64,000 nt of DNA from the IMG/VR virus record IMGVR_UViG_3300013102_000003, positions 70,644 through 134,643 of that record; one strand, written 5' to 3'. A model generated the notes under the pieces. The model made no database searches. It was not told the origin of the DNA and saw only the letters and a list, made by a program, of their open reading frames with translations. The translations under genes and the position numbers were made by a program. Below are positions 19,158-27,981 of the stretch, piece after piece; the stretch's first letter is position 1, and the number at the start of each line of letters is the position of its first letter. Origin of the DNA: a virus (Duplodnaviria > Heunggongvirae > Uroviricota > Caudoviricetes).

Positions 19158-19664
19158 ATGCCCAAGGTACCGACACTGGAAGGATACTTCGAAGAGTTCA
19201 AAAGCTTCGATGTGGTCAGGGTGCAGACGGCCATCAAGGATGAGGCAACCCGACAGGTCCAGTCCATGCTCCGGTGGAAGCAGCTTCAGGAAGACCTTGA
19301 CGCGGATGACATGCTCTGGCTGTACGAGACGGATGTGTTCCCAATCGTAGACAAGGCAGTCAAGCTGCGCCGACAGATCTACGACAAGAACAAGGAAGTC
19401 AAGAAAGCTTACGGGACGATGGGTGTCTCAGTGAAGCAGGCTTCGACACTCCCGGAAGGCGAAGAGAAGGATGCACTCCGGAAGCAGTGGGCTGAGGCGC
19501 ACGAGCAATGGCTTGAGCTACAGGATGAGCAGGTGGCAATTGCATGGAAGATCATGAGGTGCTACTGTTCGGCCTTGGCGGCTGTCAAGGTGGCTTCCGG
19601 AGCGGATCAGACAGATACAGAGAACGTACAGAAGAACCCCTTCGATGTGAAGAGGTGGGAGTAG
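19158..19664 (+). CDS. hypothetical protein
   Basis: GGAGG SD. Confidence 0.8.
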   Translation: MPKVPTLEGYFEEFKSFDVVRVQTAIKDEATRQVQSMLRWKQLQEDLDADDMLWLYETDVFPIVDKAVKLRRQIYDKNKEVKKAYGTMGVSVKQASTLPEGEEKDALRKQWAEAHEQWLELQDEQVAIAWKIMRCYCSALAAVKVASGADQTDTENVQKNPFDVKRWE

Positions 19665-19667
19665 ACA

Positions 19668-20042
19668 ATGAGCAGTAAAGAAGATATAATCATCAAGGCG
19701 TCCAAGTACGCAAGGAGCGAGGCACGTAGTCTTAACGGGCGACTCAAGAGCATCCTGCCGCCTTTGCTGGAAGATGCTCAGGCAAGCCTTGCACGGAAGG
19801 AGAAGTCCTACCTGTCGGCAAAGGCCCGACTCGATAAGCTTCAGGATGAGCAGAGGGAGCACGAAGAGGTCATGCAGCGTCTTGAAGTGCTGGCCGACCA
19901 GCTTGAAGACTTTGAAGGCATGGTTGCGAAGCACGGGGAAACCGGGGCACAGGATCTGGCCTTTGACTATGCCGACGAAATTTCAGGGTATACTAGAGCC
20001 AAGAGTATTTCTAGGCGATACATAGAGCTAAGCGGCTTTTAG
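19668..20042 (+). CDS. coiled-coil hypothetical protein
   Basis: GGGAG SD. Confidence 0.75.
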   Translation: MSSKEDIIIKASKYARSEARSLNGRLKSILPPLLEDAQASLARKEKSYLSAKARLDKLQDEQREHEEVMQRLEVLADQLEDFEGMVAKHGETGAQDLAFDYADEISGYTRAKSISRRYIELSGF

Positions 20043-20051
20043 ATTTGAGGC

Positions 20052-20576
20052 ATGATGGAATCGTTTGACATTGGGAACCATGTCGTGATTGAGTTGGATG
20101 ATGACCGCAAGATTGCGGGGTACATCGTCGGCGTGACTGACGACGGTTCCGGAATCATGCTCAAGGCCACGCACAAAGAGATGGCCATGATCCGGTACAT
20201 GAACCCCTTGGTCTCGGAGGACATCCACCGGCAGTTGATGGCGAAGCCGATGCGGACGCTGCGTCTGGCTGCTGTGCTGAACGGAAAGCCCTTGGCAGTG
20301 TTGCAGGGGCGTGCGGAACTGGTGGCGCTGATTCAGGGGCTGTACGAGGCGAGGATCATAGCAGCAAAGGATGACGGGGTCAAGCTGCGCGAGTTGGCTG
20401 TGCCGGTACTAACTTTTGTAAATACGGGATTCGTCAAGCTGATGGAGGACACGGACGACAAGCTCACGGAGAGTGAGGTGTCCTCCTTCAACCAGACGTT
20501 TGAAAGTGAATTGAAGGACCTGCTGGACAAGGCAGGCGAAGAAACGACGAAAGAGGAACTGAATGACGAGCATTAA
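20052..20576 (+). CDS. hypothetical protein
   Basis: GAGG SD. Confidence 0.8.
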   Translation: MMESFDIGNHVVIELDDDRKIAGYIVGVTDDGSGIMLKATHKEMAMIRYMNPLVSEDIHRQLMAKPMRTLRLAAVLNGKPLAVLQGRAELVALIQGLYEARIIAAKDDGVKLRELAVPVLTFVNTGFVKLMEDTDDKLTESEVSSFNQTFESELKDLLDKAGEETTKEELNDEH

Positions 20577-20886
20577 AGAAGCCGTGGCCGAAGGCTGGAG
20601 AGACGGTAAGGCAGAGGCTGCTGATCGGAAGGCCAAGCTGCCCGCCGACCGCAGGGTGAAGGCCGCTAAGCGTGGAGGCATCCTTGGAGTGCTGCTTACG
20701 GTGTTCCTGATTGGGGCATGGTGCGTTGCTGCTGGCATTATGCTGGTGCAGTTCGGTGCATGGGGCTGGGTTGTCTGGCCGCTCATGGTCTGGATCTGGA
20801 TGCACCGGATTGGGTTCTCTGTGAAGCAGGCCGTTGAAGGCGTCAAGAAGGAGAAGGACAAGGCCGAGTTGCCAAAGCCCTTCTAA
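20563..20886 (+). CDS. membrane protein
   Basis: two TM segments. Confidence 0.75.
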   Translation: MTSIKEAVAEGWRDGKAEAADRKAKLPADRRVKAAKRGGILGVLLTVFLIGAWCVAAGIMLVQFGAWGWVVWPLMVWIWMHRIGFSVKQAVEGVKKEKDKAELPKPF

Positions 20887-20950
20887 AGTGGTATAATGGA
20901 TGTATGATCCCGATGGTCATACTTTCATTAGTAAGATGAATTTCACTAGC

Positions 20951-20986
20951 AAGCGCCCTGACCTCACGGTCGGGGCGTTTTGCTTT
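20951..20986 (+). terminator. intrinsic terminator
   Basis: AAGCGCCCTGACC-TCAC-GGTCGGGGCGTTT+TGCTTT. Confidence 0.7.
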
Positions 20987-21013
20987 GGAGTGAAGGTGTG
21001 ATAGTCTAAGGAC

Positions 21014-21244
21014 ATGGAAATGACAAAGAAAACTCAGGTGGCTGTATTCGTGTCGGTGCTCGCGGTGCTGTTTGCTCTGGCAGTGGTGGGGCTGGTGGCT
21101 GTGTACGGGGCACTGCTTCCGGTTCTCGGGTCTGTAGGCACTGTCGCGTTGACCGTGATTGCCGGTTGGGCCTTGGGTGCCCTGCTGGGGTACACGTTCC
21201 TGCGGATGGGCGTGTGGCTTGCGGAACGCGGATGGTTCGTGTAG
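21014..21244 (+). CDS. membrane protein (leaderless)
   Basis: TAGTCT 21002-07; two TM segments. Confidence 0.75.
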   Translation: MEMTKKTQVAVFVSVLAVLFALAVVGLVAVYGALLPVLGSVGTVALTVIAGWALGALLGYTFLRMGVWLAERGWFV

Positions 21245-21274
21245 ACTGTAACTACCAACAACTTAGGGGAGACA

Positions 21275-21718
21275 ATGAAAAAGACAAAGATCAAGTTCGA
21301 AGACATCAAGGCAGGAGATCTGCTGGAGGTCGTGGTCAAGGAGTTCGGCGTCAAGTCGGTCATGACCGGGATTGCGTTTCATCTTGAGGTCATGGAGACA
21401 GGCGTGTCGAGGGAGACCGTCTGGTGGTCCACCTCTGAGGGTGGAATGATCGTCAACACGGATGAGGACTCCGAGATCTGGCGCGTCGATGTGACGCCGG
21501 TCAAGTTCGAGGACGTGAAGCAGGGAGATAAGATCTCCGCTACCAGTGTCCGGGCTGATGGGACCGAAGAGACTGTGGTTGGGGTTGCCGACTTCTTTGA
21601 CGATGAAGAGGTGTGGCACACAAGCTGGAACTCCAAGATTGGAGTCATCATCTGTACCAAGCAGTTGGTGGATAACGGACGACAGACCATCGAGATTTTG
21701 GAACGAGAAGGAGAATAA
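21275..21718 (+). CDS. duplicated beta-barrel domain protein
   Basis: internal repeat FEDIKAGD / FEDVKQGD. Confidence 0.8.
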   Translation: MKKTKIKFEDIKAGDLLEVVVKEFGVKSVMTGIAFHLEVMETGVSRETVWWSTSEGGMIVNTDEDSEIWRVDVTPVKFEDVKQGDKISATSVRADGTEETVVGVADFFDDEEVWHTSWNSKIGVIICTKQLVDNGRQTIEILEREGE

Positions 21719-21939
21719 TGAAGACAATTCGTAAGGCTTTTGAGAACAGTCCGGGACGCATGGTGCTGATTACGGTGATCATGCTGATCGTGCTGGCCAT
21801 GCTGGTGACCATGTGGGTGATCCCGTTCCAGATGGTGTCCACGACTCTGGCAGTGATCCTGACAGTGGCCAACGTGCTGATCACCTTGGCTGTGCTGGGG
21901 TTCAACCTGTGGGTGTTCCGCACGATGGCGTCCGACTGA
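21718..21939 (+). CDS. membrane protein
   Basis: TAATG overlap; hydrophobic. Confidence 0.75.
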   Translation: MKTIRKAFENSPGRMVLITVIMLIVLAMLVTMWVIPFQMVSTTLAVILTVANVLITLAVLGFNLWVFRTMASD

Positions 21940-22040
21940 TGTGGGACTGGCTGCGGTGTACGTTCGGTACACACGACGGTGAGTGGGTAGGCCGGTTCTG
22001 GATGTGCAAGAGGAAAGGGTGCGGCTACATTGACACGTGA
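21939..22040 (+). CDS. small Cys/His protein
   Basis: TGATG overlap; 33 aa, C..H..CxxxxC. Confidence 0.55.
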   Translation: MWDWLRCTFGTHDGEWVGRFWMCKRKGCGYIDT

Positions 22041-22488
22041 GTTGACTCTGGACCAGATGATCATGGAGAACCGCATGGAGAACCCTAAGCTCTGGATGCA
22101 GGCTCTGACGTACTGGGAGATGATGTACGGGATTTCATCCGGTGCCAGCAGGTACTACGCAAAGGAGCGGGTGCGGCGCGACTGGTACTACAAGAACAAC
22201 CTGTGGGGCGGCTACAAGCCCAAGCCTGATCCGTACTTTGGGTCGGTGGCGTTGAAGTTCAGCCTGTGGGAGCAGGCAGAGGCAAGACACAAGGGTGACG
22301 TGGCCAAGGTCATGACACAGCAGGAGCGCGAGGACCACGAGATGGGACGTAGGGTTGCGTACCTCAAGGCCGCTCCGGACAACTTCATTGTTACAAAGAC
22401 GATGGATGGCAGTACCGAGGGCTGGAAGCCACAAGGCACGCTGTTCATGACAAGTGGCAAGAAGCTAGAATTTGACAACAACAAGTAA
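22030..22488 (+). CDS. hypothetical protein
   Basis: TTG start, overlapping. Confidence 0.7.
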   Translation: MTRELTLDQMIMENRMENPKLWMQALTYWEMMYGISSGASRYYAKERVRRDWYYKNNLWGGYKPKPDPYFGSVALKFSLWEQAEARHKGDVAKVMTQQEREDHEMGRRVAYLKAAPDNFIVTKTMDGSTEGWKPQGTLFMTSGKKLEFDNNK

Positions 22489-22498
22489 AGGGACTAGA

Positions 22499-22714
22499 AT
22501 GACTGAAGAACAGATCGACAAAAGAGTATTTAACGTGAACCTCCTGATTGCCATCGTGATTGGTGCGCTGTCCGGGTTTGTGTTCGGTGGGCTGATGGGT
22601 ATTGCGATCGTCCCGAACCTGCTGATTACCGTGGCACTGGTCGTGCTGTACAACATCACGGTCAGTGGGCCTCTGAGTGCCCAGATTCGTGAGAACCTGA
22701 GGTCCGGTCGTTGA
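22499..22714 (+). CDS. membrane protein
   Basis: AAGGGA SD; two TM segments. Confidence 0.7.
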   Translation: MTEEQIDKRVFNVNLLIAIVIGALSGFVFGGLMGIAIVPNLLITVALVVLYNITVSGPLSAQIRENLRSGR

Positions 22715-22896
22715 GTCAAAGGATTGTGATCCGGCTCAAAGGCTACGGTGATGCTGCGGACTTGTGCGACGTTGCCGAGATCATCCTGCCGGATGGGTTC
22801 AGCACGGTCAAGAGTATGAAGATCGTGACCGTTCCGGGCAAGCCGCACAAGCTGGAGTCCGCGTTCGTGGAGTTTGAGAAGGGTGCGGTAGGTTGA
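22711..22896 (+). CDS. hypothetical protein
   Basis: TTGA overlap. Confidence 0.65.
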   Translation: MSQRIVIRLKGYGDAADLCDVAEIILPDGFSTVKSMKIVTVPGKPHKLESAFVEFEKGAVG

Positions 22897-22935
22897 CACA
22901 GCGGTATGCTGGTGCCCTATCCTAGAGTGATATAC

Positions 22936-22964
22936 TTATACACAGGTTATCCACAGTCTGTGGA
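22936..22964 (+). promoter_or_regulatory. DnaA-box-like cluster
   Basis: TTATACACA 22936-44, TTATCCACA 22947-55, inverted TCCACAG-T-CTGTGGA. Confidence 0.45.
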
Positions 22965-22986
22965 AGTATAGTGCTAGGAAGTATCA

Positions 22987-23601
22987 ATGATCAATAACCC
23001 ATTCGACCAGTTTTCAATGCCCGAGCCGCCAAGGATCGAGGGCGAGGACGATACTGTATCCCGCTCCCCTAGTGCCGGTAAGACCTCACCCGCCGAGCAG
23101 GGGCTTGAAGTCCCGATGGGTTGGAAGCCAACACACAATGAGCCTGTCCCGGTAGTGCGCTGCATTGGCACTGCCAGTACGACAGGTGAGCGTTGCAAGC
23201 GCTGGTCCCTGAGAGGCACCAACGTCTGCCGTAAGCACGGCGCTCAGCTACCGAACGTCAGAGACCACGCTGAGGCTGTGGTGGAGAGCGCTAGGCTCCA
23301 GTTGATGGGCATGGCTGATGATGCCGTAGAGGTTCTGTCAGACCTGATGAAGGCCGGTGTGGCTGATGCTGTGAGGCTCAAGGCCGCTGAGACGGTCCTG
23401 ACGCGAAGCGGAATCAAGGACGGTATCACGTTCGAAGTCGAGGTTACACACAACGTGTCCATGGCTGAGGACATTGGGAAGAAGCTTGAGGTCATGCGCC
23501 AGCGAGAGATTGCCAAGCGTAAAGAAGAAGCTGAGGCAGAAGCTGCCGAGCAGGAACTGATCGATGAAGGGGAGATCCTAGATGAACCCGAATCTTTGTA
23601 A
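22987..23601 (+). CDS. possible terminase small subunit (HGGxSTG-like zinc motif)
   Basis: RC..TASTTGERCKR....TNVCRKHGA then helical A.RL.AA..VL.R.G. Confidence 0.45.
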   Translation: MINNPFDQFSMPEPPRIEGEDDTVSRSPSAGKTSPAEQGLEVPMGWKPTHNEPVPVVRCIGTASTTGERCKRWSLRGTNVCRKHGAQLPNVRDHAEAVVESARLQLMGMADDAVEVLSDLMKAGVADAVRLKAAETVLTRSGIKDGITFEVEVTHNVSMAEDIGKKLEVMRQREIAKRKEEAEAEAAEQELIDEGEILDEPESL

Positions 23602-23676
23602 ATGCGGCTACTTCTCCCTGCTAGGGAAGCCCTGCCCACGTCACCAGAAGTAAGCACAGCCGCCTCTCCACGTCAA

Positions 23677-23730
23677 GTTACAAAAATAGTTATCCACAGG
23701 TTGACAAACAACCGTCCAATACAGTATGAT
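23677..23730 (+). promoter_or_regulatory. GTTACAAAA box + DnaA box + promoter
   Basis: GTTACAAAAAT, TTATCCACA 23690-98, TTGACA 23701, TATGAT 23725. Confidence 0.6.
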
Positions 23731-23739
23731 AGGAATAGC

Positions 23740-23907
23740 GTGCCAAATCTCAACCCAGACAGAGTAGAGTCTGCCCTCCGTGATCTCATCAGCTATGTAG
23801 ACTATGATCTCCACAAGCAGCTTGAGTCCGATGAAGAGACAGGCGAGGATATCTACCCCGAGCTAGTCCAGCAGTTCATCGACAGCTATGAAGACGCTGA
23901 AGGCTAA
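23740..23907 (+). CDS. acidic hypothetical protein
   Basis: GTG after AGGAA, 55 aa. Confidence 0.7.
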   Translation: MPNLNPDRVESALRDLISYVDYDLHKQLESDEETGEDIYPELVQQFIDSYEDAEG

Positions 23908-23920
23908 CCCTCCAGTCTAA

Positions 23921-23969
23921 CACGAAAGGACCCTCCCAGTCAATAGCGACTTCGGGAGGGTCCTTCGTT
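23921..23969. terminator. bidirectional terminator between convergent genes
   Basis: GGACCCTCCC...GGGAGGGTCC stem. Confidence 0.7.
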
Positions 23970-23980
23970 GATGCCGGGTA

Positions 23981-24196
23981 CTACCCGGCCCGGCCTGCCG
24001 CCTCGATTACAAGGCCCTTGCAGTCCTCGCACAGATCCATCTCGAAGACGGTCGTGCTGCGGGTGTTTCCGCTGATGTGAAGCCAGCCGGGAGGTAGCTG
24101 GAACTTCTCGTTACGTGCCGGTGTCTTCTGGAGGTCCGTCTGTTCCTCCTTGTAGCAGCGGTCACAGGTGGTGAATACGACTTCCTTGCTGGCCAT
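23981..24196 (-). CDS. zinc-finger-like hypothetical protein
   Basis: TAGGAGG SD; CDRC and CEDC. Confidence 0.75.
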   Translation of the reverse strand: MASKEVVFTTCDRCYKEEQTDLQKTPARNEKFQLPPGWLHISGNTRSTTVFEMDLCEDCKGLVIEAAGRAG

Positions 24197-24210
24197 GATT
24201 CCTCCTAATG

Positions 24211-24222
24211 AATTTTTGTAAC
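24211..24222 (-). repeat. GTTACAAAAATT box directly upstream of SD
   Basis: reverse complement AATTTTTGTAAC. Confidence 0.6.
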
Positions 24223-24259
24223 TGACCCTTGTGCGGTGGCTCACACGATTGCTATGATC

Positions 24260-24430
24260 TTACTACCAACACAGGAGCGAACGGCTTTGTTGCGGTAGGA
24301 GGGTGTCGGAACCCTCCGTCAGATGAGGTCACCCGATTTGACTAGTCCCCCAACGTGCGGGTCGGGTGGCCTCTTCTCTGCCCAGAGAAAAGCCCCGGCT
24401 CCCCCAACGGGGCCGGGGCCTCTCCCTTCC
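24260..24430 (+). ncRNA. candidate structured ncRNA
   Basis: TTGTGC-18-TATGAT promoter, ACTACCAAC leader, three hairpins, no ORF. Confidence 0.4.
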
Positions 24431-24433
24431 GGA

Positions 24434-25828
24434 CTATGCCGGTTCTACGGCCTCACCGGGTGCCTCGTTGAGGTACACCAGCTTGTAGAGCGTGCCGTAG
24501 AGGCCTGTCTGACCGGCGAAGCCAGCACCGAAGCTCGTCCACGGGTTTCCGGGCTTCTTCTCCCAGTCCACCTGACCAAGCTTGCTGACCTGTGAGGCCA
24601 CAGAGGAATTGAATTCCTCTACTGTATGGGACTGATCCAGCGCCGTCCCGATGATGTCCGCTCCGAGCCGTGACACGGATGCCACGCCTGCCAGATCCTT
24701 GAGGCGGTACTTGACTGCCTCTTCCACGGACTCGCCGTCGTCACCGACCACGACTCGCGGACGGTCCTGCCATGCCGGGGCGCATGTCCGGGCAACGAGT
24801 TCCCAGTAGCGCTTGACCACCTTGTCGAGAACAAGGCCGCGATTCTCCAGCCGAGCAACCAGCTTCTCGTGGAGCATGTTGCCGGTGGCCCGTCGCAGGC
24901 CCTCGTAGGTGATGGGCTTCTCCGGATCACGTGCGCCCGTCATGTTGATCATGCCGTGCCACGGGGAGTCCCCGTCCTGTGCCAGATCGAACGCAACCTC
25001 ACGGATGAGTTGCTGGTGCGTCTTCTCACCGGCCTCCATGTGGACCTTCGTGGCCTCGATCAGAGCCTTGGGCAGCTTTCGTGCCGTCGAGTTGATCGTG
25101 TCGAACAGCGTGGCCTCGTCGGCGTAGCGCAGTCCGTAGTAGAGCATGACCGGAATGTCCGGGTTGAAGGAAGCCTTGCGCTCCCATGCCCAGAACAACC
25201 CGCCTCCACGGTGCTGCCCGTCCACGATGGAGACACAGGACGGCCCGAACTCCTTGTGGATGGTGGCGATCTCGCCCTTGTTGAACAGGTGGTTGAACCG
25301 TGCCTGATCCTTGGGGTTGTACACCCGGACGGATGCAATGATCGGGGTGATGAGGTGGGCGTGAGTGTGCTTCTGCTCTTCGCCGTCTCCCTCTTCCTGA
25401 GAGAAGTAGCGGCCAATGGCCGGGAACCGAGCTTCCAGCGGGTCGCGCTGGTAGCCGTGCTGGCGGGGGCTGGAGGACTGCTCGTCCACGGAGTTGTACG
25501 TGGAGATGAAGGCGAGATCGTGCAGCGCATCCGCCGTCATCGTGGCGAGTGCCGCCTTGCCGGGAACGAATTCCGCCTGAATCGACAGGCGGGTCTCCTT
25601 GACGAACGTGGCCTCTTCCGGCTCTTCCGGTGCGGGCAGGCCCTCCGTGTCCACGGTCTCGTCGGCGTTGTCCGAGAACATCGGATCGACTGCCGGTGCG
25701 GGCTTGTTGACCTTCGGAAGAAGTTCCGAGACCGACTCGGTGCGGACCTCTGCGGCTTCTGCCTTTTCGAGGTTGGCTTTGCGGGTGGCTGCTGCCTTCT
25801 GGCCTCGGGTGAGAGTCTGAGCGTTCAT
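24434..25828 (-). CDS. DGQHR-domain (DndB/ParB-like) protein
   Basis: VSIVDGQHR motif; LITPII..VR; F.TINS; AAAGGA SD before ATG 25828. Confidence 0.75.
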   Translation of the reverse strand: MNAQTLTRGQKAAATRKANLEKAEAAEVRTESVSELLPKVNKPAPAVDPMFSDNADETVDTEGLPAPEEPEEATFVKETRLSIQAEFVPGKAALATMTADALHDLAFISTYNSVDEQSSSPRQHGYQRDPLEARFPAIGRYFSQEEGDGEEQKHTHAHLITPIIASVRVYNPKDQARFNHLFNKGEIATIHKEFGPSCVSIVDGQHRGGGLFWAWERKASFNPDIPVMLYYGLRYADEATLFDTINSTARKLPKALIEATKVHMEAGEKTHQQLIREVAFDLAQDGDSPWHGMINMTGARDPEKPITYEGLRRATGNMLHEKLVARLENRGLVLDKVVKRYWELVARTCAPAWQDRPRVVVGDDGESVEEAVKYRLKDLAGVASVSRLGADIIGTALDQSHTVEEFNSSVASQVSKLGQVDWEKKPGNPWTSFGAGFAGQTGLYGTLYKLVYLNEAPGEAVEPA

Positions 25829-26078
25829 GATGGTTTGTCCTTTCGGTTTGTGAAGCGTTGATGGTTGTCTGTGGTAGGCCTCCTTGTTTGGCTGCTTTCC
25901 ATGTCTCAAACATTACGCCGGTAGTACACATGCCGCAAGAGTTTTTACCGAGAAGTTTTGCGGTGGTACATCAAAAACCGCTAGATCTAGCGGATCTTGT
26001 CCGAAACACAAGTAGTGCGAAAAGTCAAACCGAGTAGTCGATTTGCACCGGGCAGGTAGTCCGGGTAGGATAGTGAGT

Positions 26079-26285
26079 ATGAAATCAGCCTTATTCATTG
26101 AGGGAGATCCCGTGCGGATCACCTCAGGTGTGTATGAAGGTGCGGAGGGGATCGTAGAAGACCTCCAGCCTGAATGCAGTGCCGTTCGTGTCCATACAAA
26201 GAATGGGAACGTGTACGCGTACCTAGAGCATGCGGCTAAGATTGTCAAGCCCATGCCGACGAGGAAGCCTGTCTTAAAGAAGTAA
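26079..26285 (+). CDS. KOW-motif protein (leaderless)
   Basis: IEGDPVRITSGVYEGAEGIV; TTGCAC-17-TAGGAT. Confidence 0.75.
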   Translation: MKSALFIEGDPVRITSGVYEGAEGIVEDLQPECSAVRVHTKNGNVYAYLEHAAKIVKPMPTRKPVLKK

Positions 26286-26455
26286 TACCGTTCGCTCCTT
26301 GACAACTGAACTCATGCGGTACTAGGCCCCACCACACGGTGCGGGCCTACGTCTGCGTTAACTTGCGGTGCCGTTACCAAACCGTTGTTATTAAATATGA
26401 CGACACGCCGAATCCCAGCTTTGTAATTCACTCAGGCAACGGTAAGCTTATTCCC

Positions 26456-26803
26456 ATGCGAGTCTCAGTATTTCGAATTGAAAAACCCAATGGGGATGGT
26501 CCGTACAGTGATGCGGACAGCAGGATCACAGAGCATATGAATGCCGTTCACGGGGATGCCGATCATCCGGACCCCTCAGAGGACCCTATGCTCGACTACA
26601 TCAACGAGGACGAGTCATGCGGGTTCGCTAACCTGTGTGACCTGAAAGCGTGGTTCGAAGGGTACGGTGACGTGCTTGCGGGTGCGGGCTACATCATCTC
26701 CATCTACACCATGCCGCTTCAGTACGTGCGGTACGGTAACAACCAATGCCTCTTCCTGAAAGACTATGCGGCACTGCCCGAGTCGATGCCGATCTACTTC
26801 TGA
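26456..26803 (+). CDS. hypothetical protein
   Basis: ATG 7 nt after TAAGCT. Confidence 0.75.
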   Translation: MRVSVFRIEKPNGDGPYSDADSRITEHMNAVHGDADHPDPSEDPMLDYINEDESCGFANLCDLKAWFEGYGDVLAGAGYIISIYTMPLQYVRYGNNQCLFLKDYAALPESMPIYF

Positions 26804-26860
26804 GTTACAAAAATTGATACGGACACCGGACTTGACACGGATGCGGATGCCGGGTAGTAT
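26804..26860 (+). promoter_or_regulatory. box + promoter unit
   Basis: TGA-GTTACAAAAATTGATAC; TTGACA-17-TAGTAT. Confidence 0.7.
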
Positions 26861-26955
26861 GGGTTATGCGGGTGCCCCAAGCCCGCCCCTCAGGAGATCC
26901 AGCCTCACACTTACCCGAGGCTGGATCTCTTCTGAATCTACCGGAAGGAGATGCC

Positions 26956-27204
26956 GTGAAGAAGACCAAGGAGAAGATCCTGCTCGCCCTCGAACAGGAC
27001 GTAGTCAATGCCGAGATGGATATGGCGCGCTGGCAGGATGCGGTGAAGCGCTACAATGCCGACCTTCTGTTCCAAGAGGAACAGGGATTCACACCGAACG
27101 CACTCACCATAGAGTCCCGTGCCGCTGCCAAGGAAGCACTGGACCGAGCAAAGGAAACCCGCCGCCTCTACACTGTTGCCGTAGATGCCGTGCGGAAGGC
27201 CTAG
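26956..27204 (+). CDS. coiled-coil hypothetical protein
   Basis: GAAGGAG SD, GTG. Confidence 0.7.
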   Translation: MKKTKEKILLALEQDVVNAEMDMARWQDAVKRYNADLLFQEEQGFTPNALTIESRAAAKEALDRAKETRRLYTVAVDAVRKA

Positions 27205-27272
27205 TTGACAATGCCGTAACCATAGGGTAGTGTTCCTCTCATCAACCATCCGTACCGATGAAAGGAACTCAA

Positions 27273-27716
27273 ATGTCAACTCAATTCCAGCCCGCCCCGC
27301 CAATGCCGTCCTACCAGCCACAGGCCCCGAAGCCGAAACCCAAACGGGCTTGGCTGCTGCCGCTGCTTCTCGTTGCCGCCATCCTCGTGGGCTTCGGAGT
27401 CGGTGCCGCCAAACCGGCTCCCGATCCGGTGACCATCACCAAGGAAGTCCCGGTCGAGAAGATCGTGGAGAAACGGGTCGAAGTCCCGGTGACTCCTGCC
27501 GCTTGCGGTGACTACATCGAGGCCTCCAGCACGGTCAATGACATTTCCTCCACGGTCGTCGGCCTCTTGTCGGACACGCTCTCTGCCGCCGTCGATCTGG
27601 ATGCGGCTAAGATCCGGGCCAACAACGCCAAGGTCGATGCGGAGACGGCCAAGCTCAAGGACATCACGCCGGAATTCCAGTCCACCCGTGACGAATGCAA
27701 AGCCAGCCTCAAGTAG
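27273..27716 (+). CDS. membrane-anchored exported protein
   Basis: GAAAGGA SD; Pro-rich N-terminus, one TM, C...C pair. Confidence 0.8.
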   Translation: MSTQFQPAPPMPSYQPQAPKPKPKRAWLLPLLLVAAILVGFGVGAAKPAPDPVTITKEVPVEKIVEKRVEVPVTPAACGDYIEASSTVNDISSTVVGLLSDTLSAAVDLDAAKIRANNAKVDAETAKLKDITPEFQSTRDECKASLK

Positions 27717-27778
27717 TTGCGGTGCGGCTGATGCCGTGATAGTCTATGAGCATCAGCCCACCACAACAGGAGGAAATC

Positions 27779-27958
27779 ATGGCAACAACCATTTTCCCGG
27801 TAACGCTTTCCGGCAAGGTCCATGCCGCGTTCGTCTTGGACTACCAGACGGACAAGTGGGCTACCATGTGCGGAAGGCAGGTACCTGACCCCACTGCCGT
27901 AGAGCACAGGGTTGCCGAAGTAACCTGCCGCAAGTGTTCCGAGAATTTGACACGGTAG
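27779..27958 (+). CDS. small zinc-binding-like protein
   Basis: AGGAGG SD; H..C..CxxC. Confidence 0.75.
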   Translation: MATTIFPVTLSGKVHAAFVLDYQTDKWATMCGRQVPDPTAVEHRVAEVTCRKCSENLTR

Positions 27959-27981
27959 TTGAAGGGGCATAGACTATAACC

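Noticed and set aside
24260-24430. tRNA or tmRNA
   Set aside because: No cloverleaf, T-loop GTTCRA or CCA end; kept only as a generic ncRNA candidate. No tRNA was recognised elsewhere in the window.
26286-26455. Gene or RNA in the short intergenic gap
   Set aside because: Only promoter-like hexamers and a short GGCCC/GGGCC stem; the ORF-track extension to 26339 lacks an SD.
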